The notes under the pieces: generated by a model
The model's database searches: none
What the model was told of the DNA's origin: nothing
The model's input: the letters and a program-made list of their open reading frames with translations, nothing else
From: a virus
Taxonomy: Duplodnaviria > Caudoviricetes
Virus record (IMG/VR): IMGVR_UViG_2708742418_000007
Span: 1,077-65,076 of that record
Reading direction: 5' to 3' (one strand)
Length of the DNA: 64,000 nt
Shown: piece by piece, positions 26,833 through 36,356 of the stretch
Layout of the letters: every line of letters starts with the position of its first letter
How positions within the stretch are numbered: position 1 is the first letter of the stretch
Program-made: the position numbers and the translations under genes

Positions 26833-26904
26833 TGACGCGCCGACCAGGAAGGACTGCCTTCAGGCGGCTTGGGATCAAGCGTTTTCCGGCTCCCCGGCGC
26901 GTCA
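26833..26904 (+). ncRNA. Putative structured small RNA convergent on the muF 3' end
   Basis: Perfect 10-bp terminal stem TGACGCGCCG/CGGCGCGTCA, internal hairpin, own promoter, second copy at 2535-2598. Confidence 0.65.
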
Positions 26905-26911
26905 TTTCCAT

Positions 26912-28018
26912 TCAATATTTCCACTCGATGCCGAATTTTTTGACGATATCGCGTCGCTCTGTCCGCCGTAGCGACGAAAGCCATATCTCCTGCCGATCGC
27001 CCTTTTTCACGACCTTCAGGGCGGCATGATAAAGCTTGCCGTCATAGTCGCCGACAAACGCCCAGCGGCCCTGCTTGTCCTTCATCAGCCTGCCATGTTC
27101 GGCAAGCCGCTTTGGCAGGACGCCATAGGCATCCGGCGTGGCGATCGTATGCTTGACGTGGCTGCGGATGGTATCTGCCGACAGGCGGATCTCCGTTCCG
27201 ACGGAGACCTCCAGCGTTTTTGCCGTCACCTTGTCAGCCGTAGCGACCGGCGTCCACGCGCCATCGGGCCATTTGCCTTTGAGAGAGGATCGCACGAAGG
27301 CCGCGATATTCGCCTCGTCGGCCGATACGGCTTTCGGTCCAGGTGCTGTTTTCTGCAGCCAGGCCATGCCGGGATTGTAGGCGAAGCTCGGATCGACGCC
27401 GAGCGGCTGGTCTGTGCCGAGCTGATCGAGATCCGGTGCGCGATCCGGCCCGCTCTTGCCCATGCGGCGCAATCTGGCGCCGGAGATCGGGATCACGAAA
27501 CAGCCGCAGCCAAAACCGTTCGGTGGATAGGCGACCGTCCAGAACGGGTCGTCGGCCGGATAGATCTTCTTGTCCCAGGCCTTGTGCTGCAGGCGCGGGT
27601 GCAGGGAGCCCGAATGATTGTACTGCCAGTAGGGATGCGTGGCGAGCGTATCCGGCTCGGTCATCTGGGCGTAGCGCCCGGCGGCATAGGCCGTGCGCAG
27701 GTTGGTTTCGAAGATCGTGCGCGTGCGCCAGCCACGCTCGCCCTTATAGGACCAGCCGTGCGTCTTCACGATCCGGTCGAAATCCTTGCGGAAATCTTCA
27801 AGCGTGGTGCCCTGTTCCAGCGCCTTCGCAATCGCCGCCTTGAAATCGTCCACGATGGCAACGCTGTTGGCGCCCGCCACCATGAACATCTTGGAATGGG
27901 CTGCGTCCCAGACATCGCGCCAGCTTTTCGTGGGGGTAGAGACTTTGTCGCGGAAGAATGCTATAGCCTCATTGAACGGCAGGTCGAGCGCGTCTCCCGC
28001 CGCACCGTCCAGAGCCAT
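26912..28018 (-). CDS. MuF minor head protein with C-terminal PBECR-like nuclease-fold domain
   Basis: TIFETNLRTAYAAGR, HPRLQH, PPNGFGCGC; ~130-aa extension IRLSADTIRSH..YHAALKV..IWLSSLRR (domain family is inference). Confidence 0.85.
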   Translation of the reverse strand: MALDGAAGDALDLPFNEAIAFFRDKVSTPTKSWRDVWDAAHSKMFMVAGANSVAIVDDFKAAIAKALEQGTTLEDFRKDFDRIVKTHGWSYKGERGWRTRTIFETNLRTAYAAGRYAQMTEPDTLATHPYWQYNHSGSLHPRLQHKAWDKKIYPADDPFWTVAYPPNGFGCGCFVIPISGARLRRMGKSGPDRAPDLDQLGTDQPLGVDPSFAYNPGMAWLQKTAPGPKAVSADEANIAAFVRSSLKGKWPDGAWTPVATADKVTAKTLEVSVGTEIRLSADTIRSHVKHTIATPDAYGVLPKRLAEHGRLMKDKQGRWAFVGDYDGKLYHAALKVVKKGDRQEIWLSSLRRTERRDIVKKFGIEWKY

Positions 28019-28137
28019 CCGAGCAATCATCCCCGAGATCGATTTCAAAGCCGCTTCAAAGCCCGTGGACGCGCGCCTTGGGTCTGTCGGCTGCGACGTT
28101 ACCTCCAGGCAGGCAAAGCGCACCAGCGGCCCGCCAT

Positions 28138-29727
28138 TCATGACCGCCCCTTGATGTCGTCGAGCAACGCTGCCTGTCCGGCCAGATGCGCCAGCGCCAT
28201 GCCCCGCGCCATGGCCTCGGCGAGATCGTCCGGTGACAGCTCCAGTCGCGCCAGCCGATCAGCCGCCTCGCGCAGATCCGTCGCCTGCATCAGGACTTTG
28301 CGCACCTCGTCGAGCATGCCGTCCAGGGCGTCGGCCGCATCACGCTCCAGGCGCGTGGTGAGCACATCGACCGGATCGACAGGCGCTGTCGCATGGGCCG
28401 AGGTGAACAGGCGATCGAGCGAGGCCTGCACGCTGCGCGTCTGCTGGCCGGGTTGGGGCTGTTGCTCCGGCTGCTGCATCCGGCCGCCGACAAGCTCGGC
28501 GTCCGGCTGCGGCGTGGGAATGCCCATCCGGTCGCGCAGAAAACTTTGCTCCGCCGTCAGGCCGTGCTTGGCGAGCTTGTCGAAGGCTGTCGCAAAATCG
28601 AGCAGCGGCACCTCGTCGGGCCGGCCGACCATCAAGGTCGGATACACATCCTGCGGCCCGAAATTGAAGTCGATGATGAGCGGCACGAGCTGCTGCTGCA
28701 GGGTGTCCGTGACCATGCCGGCATCGTCGGTCTCGATATCCACCTGGACGAGGCGATGCTCCTGGCTGACGGCGTGACCGCCCGAGACGGCATCCGTCGT
28801 CGTCGTCTGCCCGAGCACCAGCTTGGAAACCTCCCGGTTTAACCAGTCAGCGCGCCGCTCGTACATGTCCGTCGAGCTGCTCTTCGAGCCCACCTCGTGA
28901 AACTCCACCAGCATCTCGCGCGGCACGATCGCCGCGCAGTCGCCGGCAATGCCGGACACTGCCCGCCAGAGAACATCCTTTTCGGCCTCGGTTGCGCCGC
29001 GACCATATTTGCCGATGCGGATCGGCTGGCCATAGTTCTGGCAGAAGATCGCCCAGTCCTTCACCGTGAAGCTCTTGAACATCCATGCCCAGAGCGCCAC
29101 GCGGGCAATGCCGCCCCGGATCGTGAGGCCAGATTTCGACTTGTGCCGATGCACGATGAACTTGTGTTCCGTCAGAGGCTGGCCGTTGATGCCATCGCGC
29201 AGCAGGACGGTCTCTCCATCGGCCCGATCGAAGGTGAACCACCGCTGCGGACGCCAGATCAACGCCTGAGGCAGCATGTCGCCGCCCTGGTATGTCCAGT
29301 CGATTTCCAGGATCGAAAGCCCCTTGCCGATCGCGTCCAGCATGTCGAACAGAGATGCGCGCAAGACGCGCTTGTTGACCCACTTCTGCAACAGGGCCGC
29401 ATGCTTCTTGTGTTCGGGAGCGTCCGATGCTGGCTTGACGGTGATCGGCAGCTGCGCAACGGATCGTTTGCGGGTCGCCATCACGGACAGGTAATGCGGA
29501 TCGCGTTCCTCGATATCCTCGGCCAGCTCGAAATAGGCCTCCGGCTCGCCATCGGCCGCAGCCCTGAGGATGCGCGCCAGGCGCTGCGGTGTCAGTCCGT
29601 CGGCCGGATGTCCAGATACGACCTGGCGCACGCCGCCCACCTGGGGCGTGGCGATCGCCTCCATCACGGGCTTTGGCACCTTGGTGGCTTCTGCCGCCTG
29701 CAGGCTCTTGCGCTTCTTCTTGCCCAT
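28138..29727 (-). CDS. Portal protein, Mu gp29 (DUF935)
   Basis: YGQPIRIGKY, SKLVLGQTTT. Confidence 0.93.
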   Translation of the reverse strand: MGKKKRKSLQAAEATKVPKPVMEAIATPQVGGVRQVVSGHPADGLTPQRLARILRAAADGEPEAYFELAEDIEERDPHYLSVMATRKRSVAQLPITVKPASDAPEHKKHAALLQKWVNKRVLRASLFDMLDAIGKGLSILEIDWTYQGGDMLPQALIWRPQRWFTFDRADGETVLLRDGINGQPLTEHKFIVHRHKSKSGLTIRGGIARVALWAWMFKSFTVKDWAIFCQNYGQPIRIGKYGRGATEAEKDVLWRAVSGIAGDCAAIVPREMLVEFHEVGSKSSSTDMYERRADWLNREVSKLVLGQTTTTDAVSGGHAVSQEHRLVQVDIETDDAGMVTDTLQQQLVPLIIDFNFGPQDVYPTLMVGRPDEVPLLDFATAFDKLAKHGLTAEQSFLRDRMGIPTPQPDAELVGGRMQQPEQQPQPGQQTRSVQASLDRLFTSAHATAPVDPVDVLTTRLERDAADALDGMLDEVRKVLMQATDLREAADRLARLELSPDDLAEAMARGMALAHLAGQAALLDDIKGRS

Positions 29728-31409
29728 CAGAGCGATCCTCTCAAAGTGACGTCCACGGTCCGGCCGCGCCGGTCCTCGTCCAGCGGCGGCCCGCCGTTAT
29801 GGCCCGTCATGTTGTTCCCGGCTGTCTTCCGGTTGGTCTGGTAATCGTAGGCGATGGCGTCCTGGCAGCTCGCAAACCAGGCGAGCGCACCGGCAGGTGC
29901 GGTGTCGCCGTGCCGGTCATAGCCATCGACGCCCTTGCTCGAATGCTCGTCCGGCACCTTGATGATGCCGTTGACATAGGCGAGTGCCTGGTGGTCGGCC
30001 AGCACGTCCGCATCAAAGGGCAGGAGCAGCGACTTATCGCCAAACGCCTCGATATAGGCGGGCATGTTGGCGGCATACCATTTGGCCGACAGCATCACCT
30101 CGTGGATGCACTCGCCCCAGCGCTGGCGCGCCTTCTCCGCCAGATACTGGCCGTTGCCGCGCGCATCGAGCGCGCCGCCGGCCAGACGCGGCAGGGCGTC
30201 GCCGATGTAGAACAGGATATCGCGCTGCTGGTCGAAGGGAATGTTCTTCAGCTCCACCACCAGGCGCGCGCGGCGCACGAGATCCGCGCCGTTCTCAAAC
30301 ACGAGAATGGCCGTCTTGTCGCCCGATCGGGCAAAGTCCTCGCCGAACACATGTTCGCGGTCGGGATTGAGCGCGCTTAAAAGCGGCTTCAAAACCCCTT
30401 CACAGAACGCGTCCGCCTGCTCCTCGCGCTCGAAATCGTCGAGGTTCTTGAAGTCATCTGGCCTGTCCCAGCGCACAACGGCCGGCAGGTCGCGTGACAT
30501 GCAGCTTTCGATCAGCACGCGCGACAGTGCCGCACCCTCGGCCTCGGCGGGGATCGCGTCCAGCTCCTGGCGCATCTTGGCGGTGCGCGTGCCATAGGCC
30601 GAGCGGATCTCGGCTTCCCAGGCATCCTGCTTCTCCTGGCTCCATTCCGAGCCCTTGATCAGGCAAACGCGCTTGTAGAGCCCGTTCTCGACGGCCTTGC
30701 CGAAACTGTAGGTATGGACCTTGAAGCCGTTCTTGCCGGCGTCTGCCTCCTTGATCAGCTCGTTGAACGGATTGCTGATGCCGTTGTGCGAGGAAATGAT
30801 GCGGATCTTGCCGCCCCAGATCAGCAGCGCGCCAACGGCATCAATGACCTCGCGCACATCGCGGTGAAACGCCGCCTCGTCGATGACGACGGTGCCCTGC
30901 AGACCACGAATGTTTTCCGGCCGCGACGACAGCGCCTCGATGCGGAAGCCGGACGAAAACCGGATGATGTAGCTCGATATGGCCTGGGTGGAACCATCGG
31001 CCTTCTGATCGAAGAAGATCCCGTCCTCGATCGTCAGCATTTCCTTGGCGACGGTGCGCGCGAAGTGGGCCGCGTAGCCGATGAACTCACGCCCCTTCGG
31101 CTTGGTGTCGGGAATGTAGAACACGTTCTGGCCGCCTGCCGAGCGCTTGGCAGCCGCGATCAGCGTGCAATCGAGCGCCTCGGCAAAAGTGATGCCGGTC
31201 CGTCGCCCCTTGGCGCAGATCTTCAGGGTGCTTTCGTCGGCGATCCATTCGGCCTGGTGCGCCATCAGCACGCCATCGGCGAGCGGATCGAGATCATCCG
31301 GAATGTCGGCACCGCGCGGCAGCTCGGCCGGCAGATTTGCCGGGTCCTGGTCGAGCACCGGTGGATCTGTCCACTTGCCCTGCGGCAGGCCGGGGAGCGG
31401 CGTGGTCAT
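29727..31409 (-). CDS. Terminase large subunit, Mu gp28
   Basis: KGRRTGIT, VVIDEAAF, GEDFARSGD, HGD. Confidence 0.95.
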   Translation of the reverse strand: MTTPLPGLPQGKWTDPPVLDQDPANLPAELPRGADIPDDLDPLADGVLMAHQAEWIADESTLKICAKGRRTGITFAEALDCTLIAAAKRSAGGQNVFYIPDTKPKGREFIGYAAHFARTVAKEMLTIEDGIFFDQKADGSTQAISSYIIRFSSGFRIEALSSRPENIRGLQGTVVIDEAAFHRDVREVIDAVGALLIWGGKIRIISSHNGISNPFNELIKEADAGKNGFKVHTYSFGKAVENGLYKRVCLIKGSEWSQEKQDAWEAEIRSAYGTRTAKMRQELDAIPAEAEGAALSRVLIESCMSRDLPAVVRWDRPDDFKNLDDFEREEQADAFCEGVLKPLLSALNPDREHVFGEDFARSGDKTAILVFENGADLVRRARLVVELKNIPFDQQRDILFYIGDALPRLAGGALDARGNGQYLAEKARQRWGECIHEVMLSAKWYAANMPAYIEAFGDKSLLLPFDADVLADHQALAYVNGIIKVPDEHSSKGVDGYDRHGDTAPAGALAWFASCQDAIAYDYQTNRKTAGNNMTGHNGGPPLDEDRRGRTVDVTLRGSL

Positions 31410-32035
31410 GCTGCCGGGCCTTCCGGCTTCTTACGCACGCCGAGGAATTCACGCCGCGCTCTCGCAATCGCTTCCCTGGAAATGCCGGGCTCCGAAGACA
31501 GGATGTCGAGTGCCTTTTCCGCCTTGTCCCGCATCTCGGCTTCGACCTGGCGTGCGCGCTCTTCGGCCTCGATCTTCAGGCGACGGTTTGAGCTTTTTTG
31601 CTGTGCAGCGCTCAACTGGTTGAGCGCGGTGGCCAATTCCTTGAACGAATTCGGCGTCAACTTTCCGTTTGCCGACATCATGACAGCGTCCAGCATCAGA
31701 GACTTGATCGCCTCGGCAGCGATGATCGTCAGATCGTCGCTGCCAGTGCTGTCAAACCGATCTGCCAGCGTCGCTGCGATGTTACGCGCCTGCTCGATCG
31801 ACTTGGAGATATCTGCCAGCCGAACGGAATAGCGAGAGAAACCCCGGAAAGAAGGGATTTCGAAGTCCAGGCCCTGCTCATGCTGCAGGGCAATGAGTTT
31901 CTGCTTGAACTCGGCGTACACATCGACCTGCGTCCGGTCCAGGTTCGCCAATTCCTTTGCCGCCCAGTTGACGATGCCCCGGCACTCCTCCGGGAGCAGG
32001 TCGATTTTCGATAACCAGCCACGTCCCTTTCCCAT
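31406..32035 (-). CDS. Terminase small subunit-like, Mu gp27 (DUF3486)
   Basis: SKIDLLPEE; position. Confidence 0.85.
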   Translation of the reverse strand: MGKGRGWLSKIDLLPEECRGIVNWAAKELANLDRTQVDVYAEFKQKLIALQHEQGLDFEIPSFRGFSRYSVRLADISKSIEQARNIAATLADRFDSTGSDDLTIIAAEAIKSLMLDAVMMSANGKLTPNSFKELATALNQLSAAQQKSSNRRLKIEAEERARQVEAEMRDKAEKALDILSSEPGISREAIARARREFLGVRKKPEGPAA

Positions 32036-32039
32036 CGGC

Positions 32040-32342
32040 TTACTCCGGCCGCGCGCTGACAGGCATGACGCCCGCGATCAGAACTATGCCTGACAGATGA
32101 TATTCACCGCGCACTTCGAGGCGCGCGATTTTGACGGTGTCACGGGAAATGACCGAAACCGCGCCCATGTCTTTCAGGTAGGCGAACTGCGCTTCAACCC
32201 ATTCACGCGGCTTGTCGATCAGGAAATTCGTCAGCAGATAGGTCTGCATACGCGATGACGACATGGCCCTGTTATCCTCCTTTACAAGCTCCTTGAGGAT
32301 GATCAGGCGGGCCTCTTCTTCCATGGTGTAACTGCGCATCAC
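32040..32342 (-). CDS. Mu gp26-like protein
   Basis: RLIILKEL..AYLKDMG..ARLEVRG. Confidence 0.75.
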   Translation of the reverse strand: MMRSYTMEEEARLIILKELVKEDNRAMSSSRMQTYLLTNFLIDKPREWVEAQFAYLKDMGAVSVISRDTVKIARLEVRGEYHLSGIVLIAGVMPVSARPE

Positions 32343-32674
32343 TTGTTCCCCTGTTCCAGCATGTATTCCTGCAACCGGATGGCAACGGCTGCGATCGGCT
32401 TCAGGCGCTCTTCCAGCGCCGCGAGTTTTCCGTTCATTTCCACCAGCTGCAGTTCCTGCCGGTGCTGTGTCTCCTTGTCGGGGAGATGCTTCATGTCGCT
32501 CTCCACGGCCTGGATGCGACGGTCATGGTCGATCAGCTTTCCCTCGACCTTGACCAGGCGTTCATCGAGCTTCTTTTCGCCCTGGGACATCAGGGTCCGG
32601 ATATGGGCGATCAGGTTGAGGCTGGAGAGGGCCAGCGCCACGAGGCCGCTGATCGCGGCAAGATCGAGGATCAT
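32339..32674 (-). CDS. DUF2730 (Mu gp25-like) protein
   Basis: N-terminal TM, coiled coil, HLP motif. Confidence 0.8.
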   Translation of the reverse strand: MILDLAAISGLVALALSSLNLIAHIRTLMSQGEKKLDERLVKVEGKLIDHDRRIQAVESDMKHLPDKETQHRQELQLVEMNGKLAALEERLKPIAAVAIRLQEYMLEQGNK

Positions 32675-32886
32675 CGCAGATATGCTTCCTTCTCGGCGAT
32701 CTCCTGGCATTCCAGGCAGCGCGTGGCGGAGGGATAAACCCGCCGGCGCGCGGCGGAGATGGTGGCGCCGCACTCGCATTCCTCGCGGCCTTCCTGTTTC
32801 AGCGCCCGGCGTGCCGCATCGATGCGCGCCTGGCGTTCCTGCTCGACGCGCATTTCGCCGATCTCGCGGTCAAACTCACTGTACAT
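32671..32886 (-). CDS. TraR/DksA C4 zinc-finger protein
   Basis: CECGATISAARR..P..TRCLECQ. Confidence 0.85.
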   Translation of the reverse strand: MYSEFDREIGEMRVEQERQARIDAARRALKQEGREECECGATISAARRRVYPSATRCLECQEIAEKEAYLR

Positions 32887-33160
32887 GCGAGCCCTCCGCA
32901 GAGGCTGAAATCGCCGCACCCTGGCGGACCTTGCAGATCCGGAGCGACGTCCGATCGCGGCCCCAGAGGCTATGCACCTCCGCCTCGCCGAGATCGCGAT
33001 CGGGCAGGGTGACGGGATCTGCGCACGGGATTTTTGCCTCGGCCGGGATCTCGCGGTCCATCATGACGGTCCTCACCACGGGGGCAGTCCTATCGTTTGT
33101 TGAGCAGGCGCACGCGATCGCGGCCAAGGCCGCAGGCGCCAGCATTCGGCAAAGCCGCAT
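32876..33160 (-). CDS. o-spanin (Rz1-like lipoprotein)
   Basis: Lipobox-like ACAC, PCADPV, WGRDR; overlaps the i-spanin. Confidence 0.75.
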   Translation of the reverse strand: MRLCRMLAPAALAAIACACSTNDRTAPVVRTVMMDREIPAEAKIPCADPVTLPDRDLGEAEVHSLWGRDRTSLRICKVRQGAAISASAEGSHVQ

Positions 33161-33458
33161 TTTCTGTCTCCAGCTGGGTGGCGCGCGCTTCTGCGGCGGC
33201 GACCTCGTCGCGCGCGGCATTCTGGACGGCCATGGTCTGTCTGAGGTTTTCGGCGATGCGGGTCTGCACCTCCGCATTCGATTTCTGGATCTGTGCCGTC
33301 CAGTGGGCATCCCGCTCCGCAATGGCGCTGGCGCGCGCATCGTCGATCATCCCGTCGATGACGCGGAGCGTCAGCCAGCAGGAGAAGCCGGCCGCCGCCA
33401 CGAGGGCTGCAGCGACGATCAGGGGCGTGGCGATCCTGGCGAGCAAAGCGGGGATCAT
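33090..33458 (-). CDS. i-spanin (Rz-like)
   Basis: N-terminal TM, coiled coil, C-terminal Cys. Confidence 0.75.
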   Translation of the reverse strand: MIPALLARIATPLIVAAALVAAAGFSCWLTLRVIDGMIDDARASAIAERDAHWTAQIQKSNAEVQTRIAENLRQTMAVQNAARDEVAAAEARATQLETENAALPNAGACGLGRDRVRLLNKR

Positions 33459-33739
33459 CGAGCGTCCCCCGGCGTGTTGGCATCAGCGCTGGATGCGCCG
33501 TCTGCCGCCAGCATCTTGCCGGCCGTGCGGTAGTCCAGCGAGCCGAAGCCACGATGAATGCCGAGCAGGGCGGCGATCAGCATGACCATGGACGGCACGG
33601 CGATTGTGCCGAACTCGACCGACTGGCCGTTGATGGCGGCGCCGACCGACAGGATCAGGATGACCAGCCAGGCCATGATCGAGGAAAGCCAGAGCGCGCG
33701 CTTGGAGGTGGAATAGCCGGGCTTGTGCATGGGCCTCAT
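33455..33739 (-). CDS. Holin-like membrane protein
   Basis: Two TM segments, adjacent to the endolysin. Confidence 0.65.
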   Translation of the reverse strand: MRPMHKPGYSTSKRALWLSSIMAWLVILILSVGAAINGQSVEFGTIAVPSMVMLIAALLGIHRGFGSLDYRTAGKMLAADGASSADANTPGDAR

Positions 33740-34563
33740 TCCCCTGCCAGCGCCGACCAGGTGTCGGGCGAAACGATGCCGGTCGGGACGATGCCCCGAC
33801 GTGCCTGGAAGGCCTTGACCGCCAGTTCCGTCGCCGGGCCGAAATCGCCATCCACGGCAACCTCGGCGCCCTGCTTGCGCAGGAAGAACTGCAGCCGCTC
33901 GACATTGCCGTCATTCATCAGCCCGCGATGCAGGACGGGAAACATCCCGCGATCCGGCGTCCGGGTCTCGGCTGCCTGCAGCGCGGCGATGGCCGCCTTG
34001 GCGCGGGCAAGTTTTGCCTTGCGATCGTCCAGGCCGTTGCGCCCGCCATTGATGATCCGGGTCACGGCAAGGATATCGTCCCGGTCGGCATGACGGTTGA
34101 GACCCTTGTCGGCCCAGAAATAGACCGCCGACCAGGGCACCCACTGGTCATCGAGCACCAGTTCCGGCCTCTCCTCGAAGTCCGGCGTGCTGCCTGGAAG
34201 CTGGCGACGCAGCCAGCCGGTAAAGGCGCGGTAGTTGGCACGCCCCGTCAGCTGGATCGGGCCGCGCCCCTTGAAGCGCTTGCCGTCGCCCGGCCGGGTA
34301 TTGCCGAGATCGTCACGGCCCTCATACGCTGAGCCGCTCGCATATTCTTCGAAGGTGCAGAAACTGTCGCTTTCATGTGCCAGCTGGGCGAGGAAATGCG
34401 CGATGCGAAGCGGCCGGTCGATCTCATAGGTGTCCATCAGCGGCGGCAGCGTGATGCGCAGGATGGAGGCATTCACCTCCCGCTTGCCGGAGCGACTGGT
34501 CGGAACGGGGCCGCCGATTGCAAGCAGGGTCGAAAGTGTGATGGCGTGGGGAAGGCCGGACAT
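33736..34563 (-). CDS. Endolysin, GH19 plus peptidoglycan-binding domain
   Basis: FLAQLAHES, GRGPIQLTGRANY, INGGRNGLDDR, DGDFGPATELAVKAFQ. Confidence 0.93.
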   Translation of the reverse strand: MSGLPHAITLSTLLAIGGPVPTSRSGKREVNASILRITLPPLMDTYEIDRPLRIAHFLAQLAHESDSFCTFEEYASGSAYEGRDDLGNTRPGDGKRFKGRGPIQLTGRANYRAFTGWLRRQLPGSTPDFEERPELVLDDQWVPWSAVYFWADKGLNRHADRDDILAVTRIINGGRNGLDDRKAKLARAKAAIAALQAAETRTPDRGMFPVLHRGLMNDGNVERLQFFLRKQGAEVAVDGDFGPATELAVKAFQARRGIVPTGIVSPDTWSALAGE

Positions 34564-34599
34564 GAAAAAGCTCCGATCGCCGGTGGGCAGGTCGGAGCT

Positions 34600-34648
34600 A
34601 ACATCACTGAACTAGGGGGTGGACTGAACGCCCATCGGCATGGGGAGG
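34600..34648 (-). promoter_or_regulatory. Late promoter (Mu Plys equivalent), degenerate activator box
   Basis: AACGCCC-atcggcat-GGGGAGG at 34627-34648, upstream of the endolysin. Confidence 0.45.
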
Positions 34649-34650
34649 GG

Positions 34651-35022
34651 CTAGAGAAGCTGCATTTGGCGGCTATCTTTGGGCTTTTTGCCTTTCCCAG
34701 GCTTCCGTTTTCTCGCCCGCTGGAAAAGCAGTTCCACGCCGGTTTCCGTCAGGCCTAATCTGCGGGCAACATCCTTGTTGCTCACACCCGCTTCGCGGTA
34801 TCGCAAGGCGCGGAACTCGCGCGCCAGCGGAACTTTTATATATCCGCCTCTGTAGAGATTGGAAAGCCTCCATGCTGCATCCTCGCCGACGGTCTGCGGC
34901 AGATCCGATCGGGCAGGATCGGCCGGGACATAGAGGCGCATGCCAGCATGCGCCTCAACAAGGGCAAAGAAGCCATCCTCGCCGAGCGCATCAAGCAGCT
35001 CCTGTACCAGATCCTCGCTCAT
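34651..35022 (-). CDS. Mor/C-family late transcription activator
   Basis: HAGMRLYVP, YRGGYIKVP, C-terminal HTH; immediately upstream of the lysis genes. Confidence 0.8.
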   Translation of the reverse strand: MSEDLVQELLDALGEDGFFALVEAHAGMRLYVPADPARSDLPQTVGEDAAWRLSNLYRGGYIKVPLAREFRALRYREAGVSNKDVARRLGLTETGVELLFQRARKRKPGKGKKPKDSRQMQLL

Positions 35023-35213
35023 GTCCTTGATCCATGTTTGAGCCGAAGCTCGATCTCGATTTGCTGCGCCGTCAGATGCCGAAGCCTGGCTTCTCGACGA
35101 AGGCGGGTGCGAACATCGACGCCGCCCCGCTGCAGCTTGCGTTGAAGCTCCTCCCGCTGGCGTCTGATCTCGGCCAGTTCCATGGCGTCGATGAGCGGCA
35201 GCGGAATGGCCAT
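35019..35213 (-). CDS. Hypothetical protein
   Basis: Coupled small ORF. Confidence 0.6.
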   Translation of the reverse strand: MAIPLPLIDAMELAEIRRQREELQRKLQRGGVDVRTRLRREARLRHLTAQQIEIELRLKHGSRT

Positions 35214-35214
35214 G

Positions 35215-35670
35215 TCAGCGGCACTCCCAGGCGGGCCGGGCATCGCCCCAGCGGATGATGACGCCTTCGAACCGGGTGCCGTTGTGCGTGGCCCGCCAGA
35301 AGCGGCCCATGGTCTCGCGCGCCGTCTGGCCGATCAGGCTCTGCGGCGCAAGGCCCCGCAGCCGGTCAGGCGCAAAGCCGTCAGAGGCGGCAAAGGCCTC
35401 GATCTCGTCGCGCCTGAGCGGCATGCCGTCGATCTCGATATAGGCAATGCCGGCGTCGATGAGGTCGCTCGACATGATGACGATCGGCCGCACAGACCGG
35501 CAGATCGGATCCGCAATGATCTTGCGGCAATGGCGGGTGCGCATCCCGACATAAAGCTGCAGCGGCTCGCCGGGATGCGCATGGCGCCGGCGGTGCTGGC
35601 GGATGGTATGCGTCTTGCTGCCATCCTCGATCTGGGGAGCGAAGTAGGATTTGAAGCCGTAGGAAACCAT
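35215..35670 (-). CDS. ASCH/PUA-like domain protein
   Basis: IEDGSKTHTIR, LQLYVGMRT, FAASDGF. Confidence 0.75.
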   Translation of the reverse strand: MVSYGFKSYFAPQIEDGSKTHTIRQHRRRHAHPGEPLQLYVGMRTRHCRKIIADPICRSVRPIVIMSSDLIDAGIAYIEIDGMPLRRDEIEAFAASDGFAPDRLRGLAPQSLIGQTARETMGRFWRATHNGTRFEGVIIRWGDARPAWECR

Positions 35671-36356
35671 TAGCGGTCCCCTCCGGCAATCAGGCCGGAG
35701 ACAGGTGCCTCACTCACGCCGCGAGCAATGGTCACGCGGCGACCAGCTCTGTCGCCGAGGTGCTCAGCCTCGACAAACCGTGTCTTGCGCTCGCGCTGCT
35801 TGACGCCGACAGCGTTGAACAGCTCGGCAGCTGCGGCATCGGCACGACGGCGCTGTTCGTCCGAACGTGTCTCTGCAAACATGTCAATGACACGTCTTGC
35901 CAGTCGCATTGCCATTCCGTGCACAAAGTCATCGACCGCTTTACGACGGGTCTTTGTGCTACGCCGCGCCTTGTAGAAAGGCCCGCCTCGAAATTCCTTC
36001 AACGCGGTTTCCACAGCCCTGTGAAGGACGTCGTGCAGGTAGCAGGCAATTTGCGGACCCGGTGCCTGGCCGACATAGACAACGGACTTTTGCGAGCCCC
36101 TGTAGGTATGAACGCATATTCCGTTGATGCTGTAGGCGATGGCCGCGCACACGACTGCCTTTGGCGACCGCATATTGAATTTGACGCCAACGCTGCCCTG
36201 GTCAATCTCGACGATACTTTCGGAGATGCCGTATTCCCGCATCAGCGCTGCGGCTTTTTCGGCTGCAGCAATCGCTTCGGCCTCGGTGCATCCGGAGGTG
36301 ATCGTTTTGGCAGTGAGCGCGCGGATCTTCGCGAGGATCTTTTCGCGGTCTTTCAT
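35670..36356 (-). CDS. DUF2786 domain protein
   Basis: KILAKIRAL..TEAEAIAAAEKAAALMREY. Confidence 0.8.
   Translation of the reverse strand: MKDREKILAKIRALTAKTITSGCTEAEAIAAAEKAAALMREYGISESIVEIDQGSVGVKFNMRSPKAVVCAAIAYSINGICVHTYRGSQKSVVYVGQAPGPQIACYLHDVLHRAVETALKEFRGGPFYKARRSTKTRRKAVDDFVHGMAMRLARRVIDMFAETRSDEQRRRADAAAAELFNAVGVKQRERKTRFVEAEHLGDRAGRRVTIARGVSEAPVSGLIAGGDR

Noticed and set aside
15742-33533. Long plus-strand ORFs (e.g. 463, 491, 518, 583 and 396 aa)
   Set aside because: High-GC antisense shadows of recognisable structural genes, with no motifs
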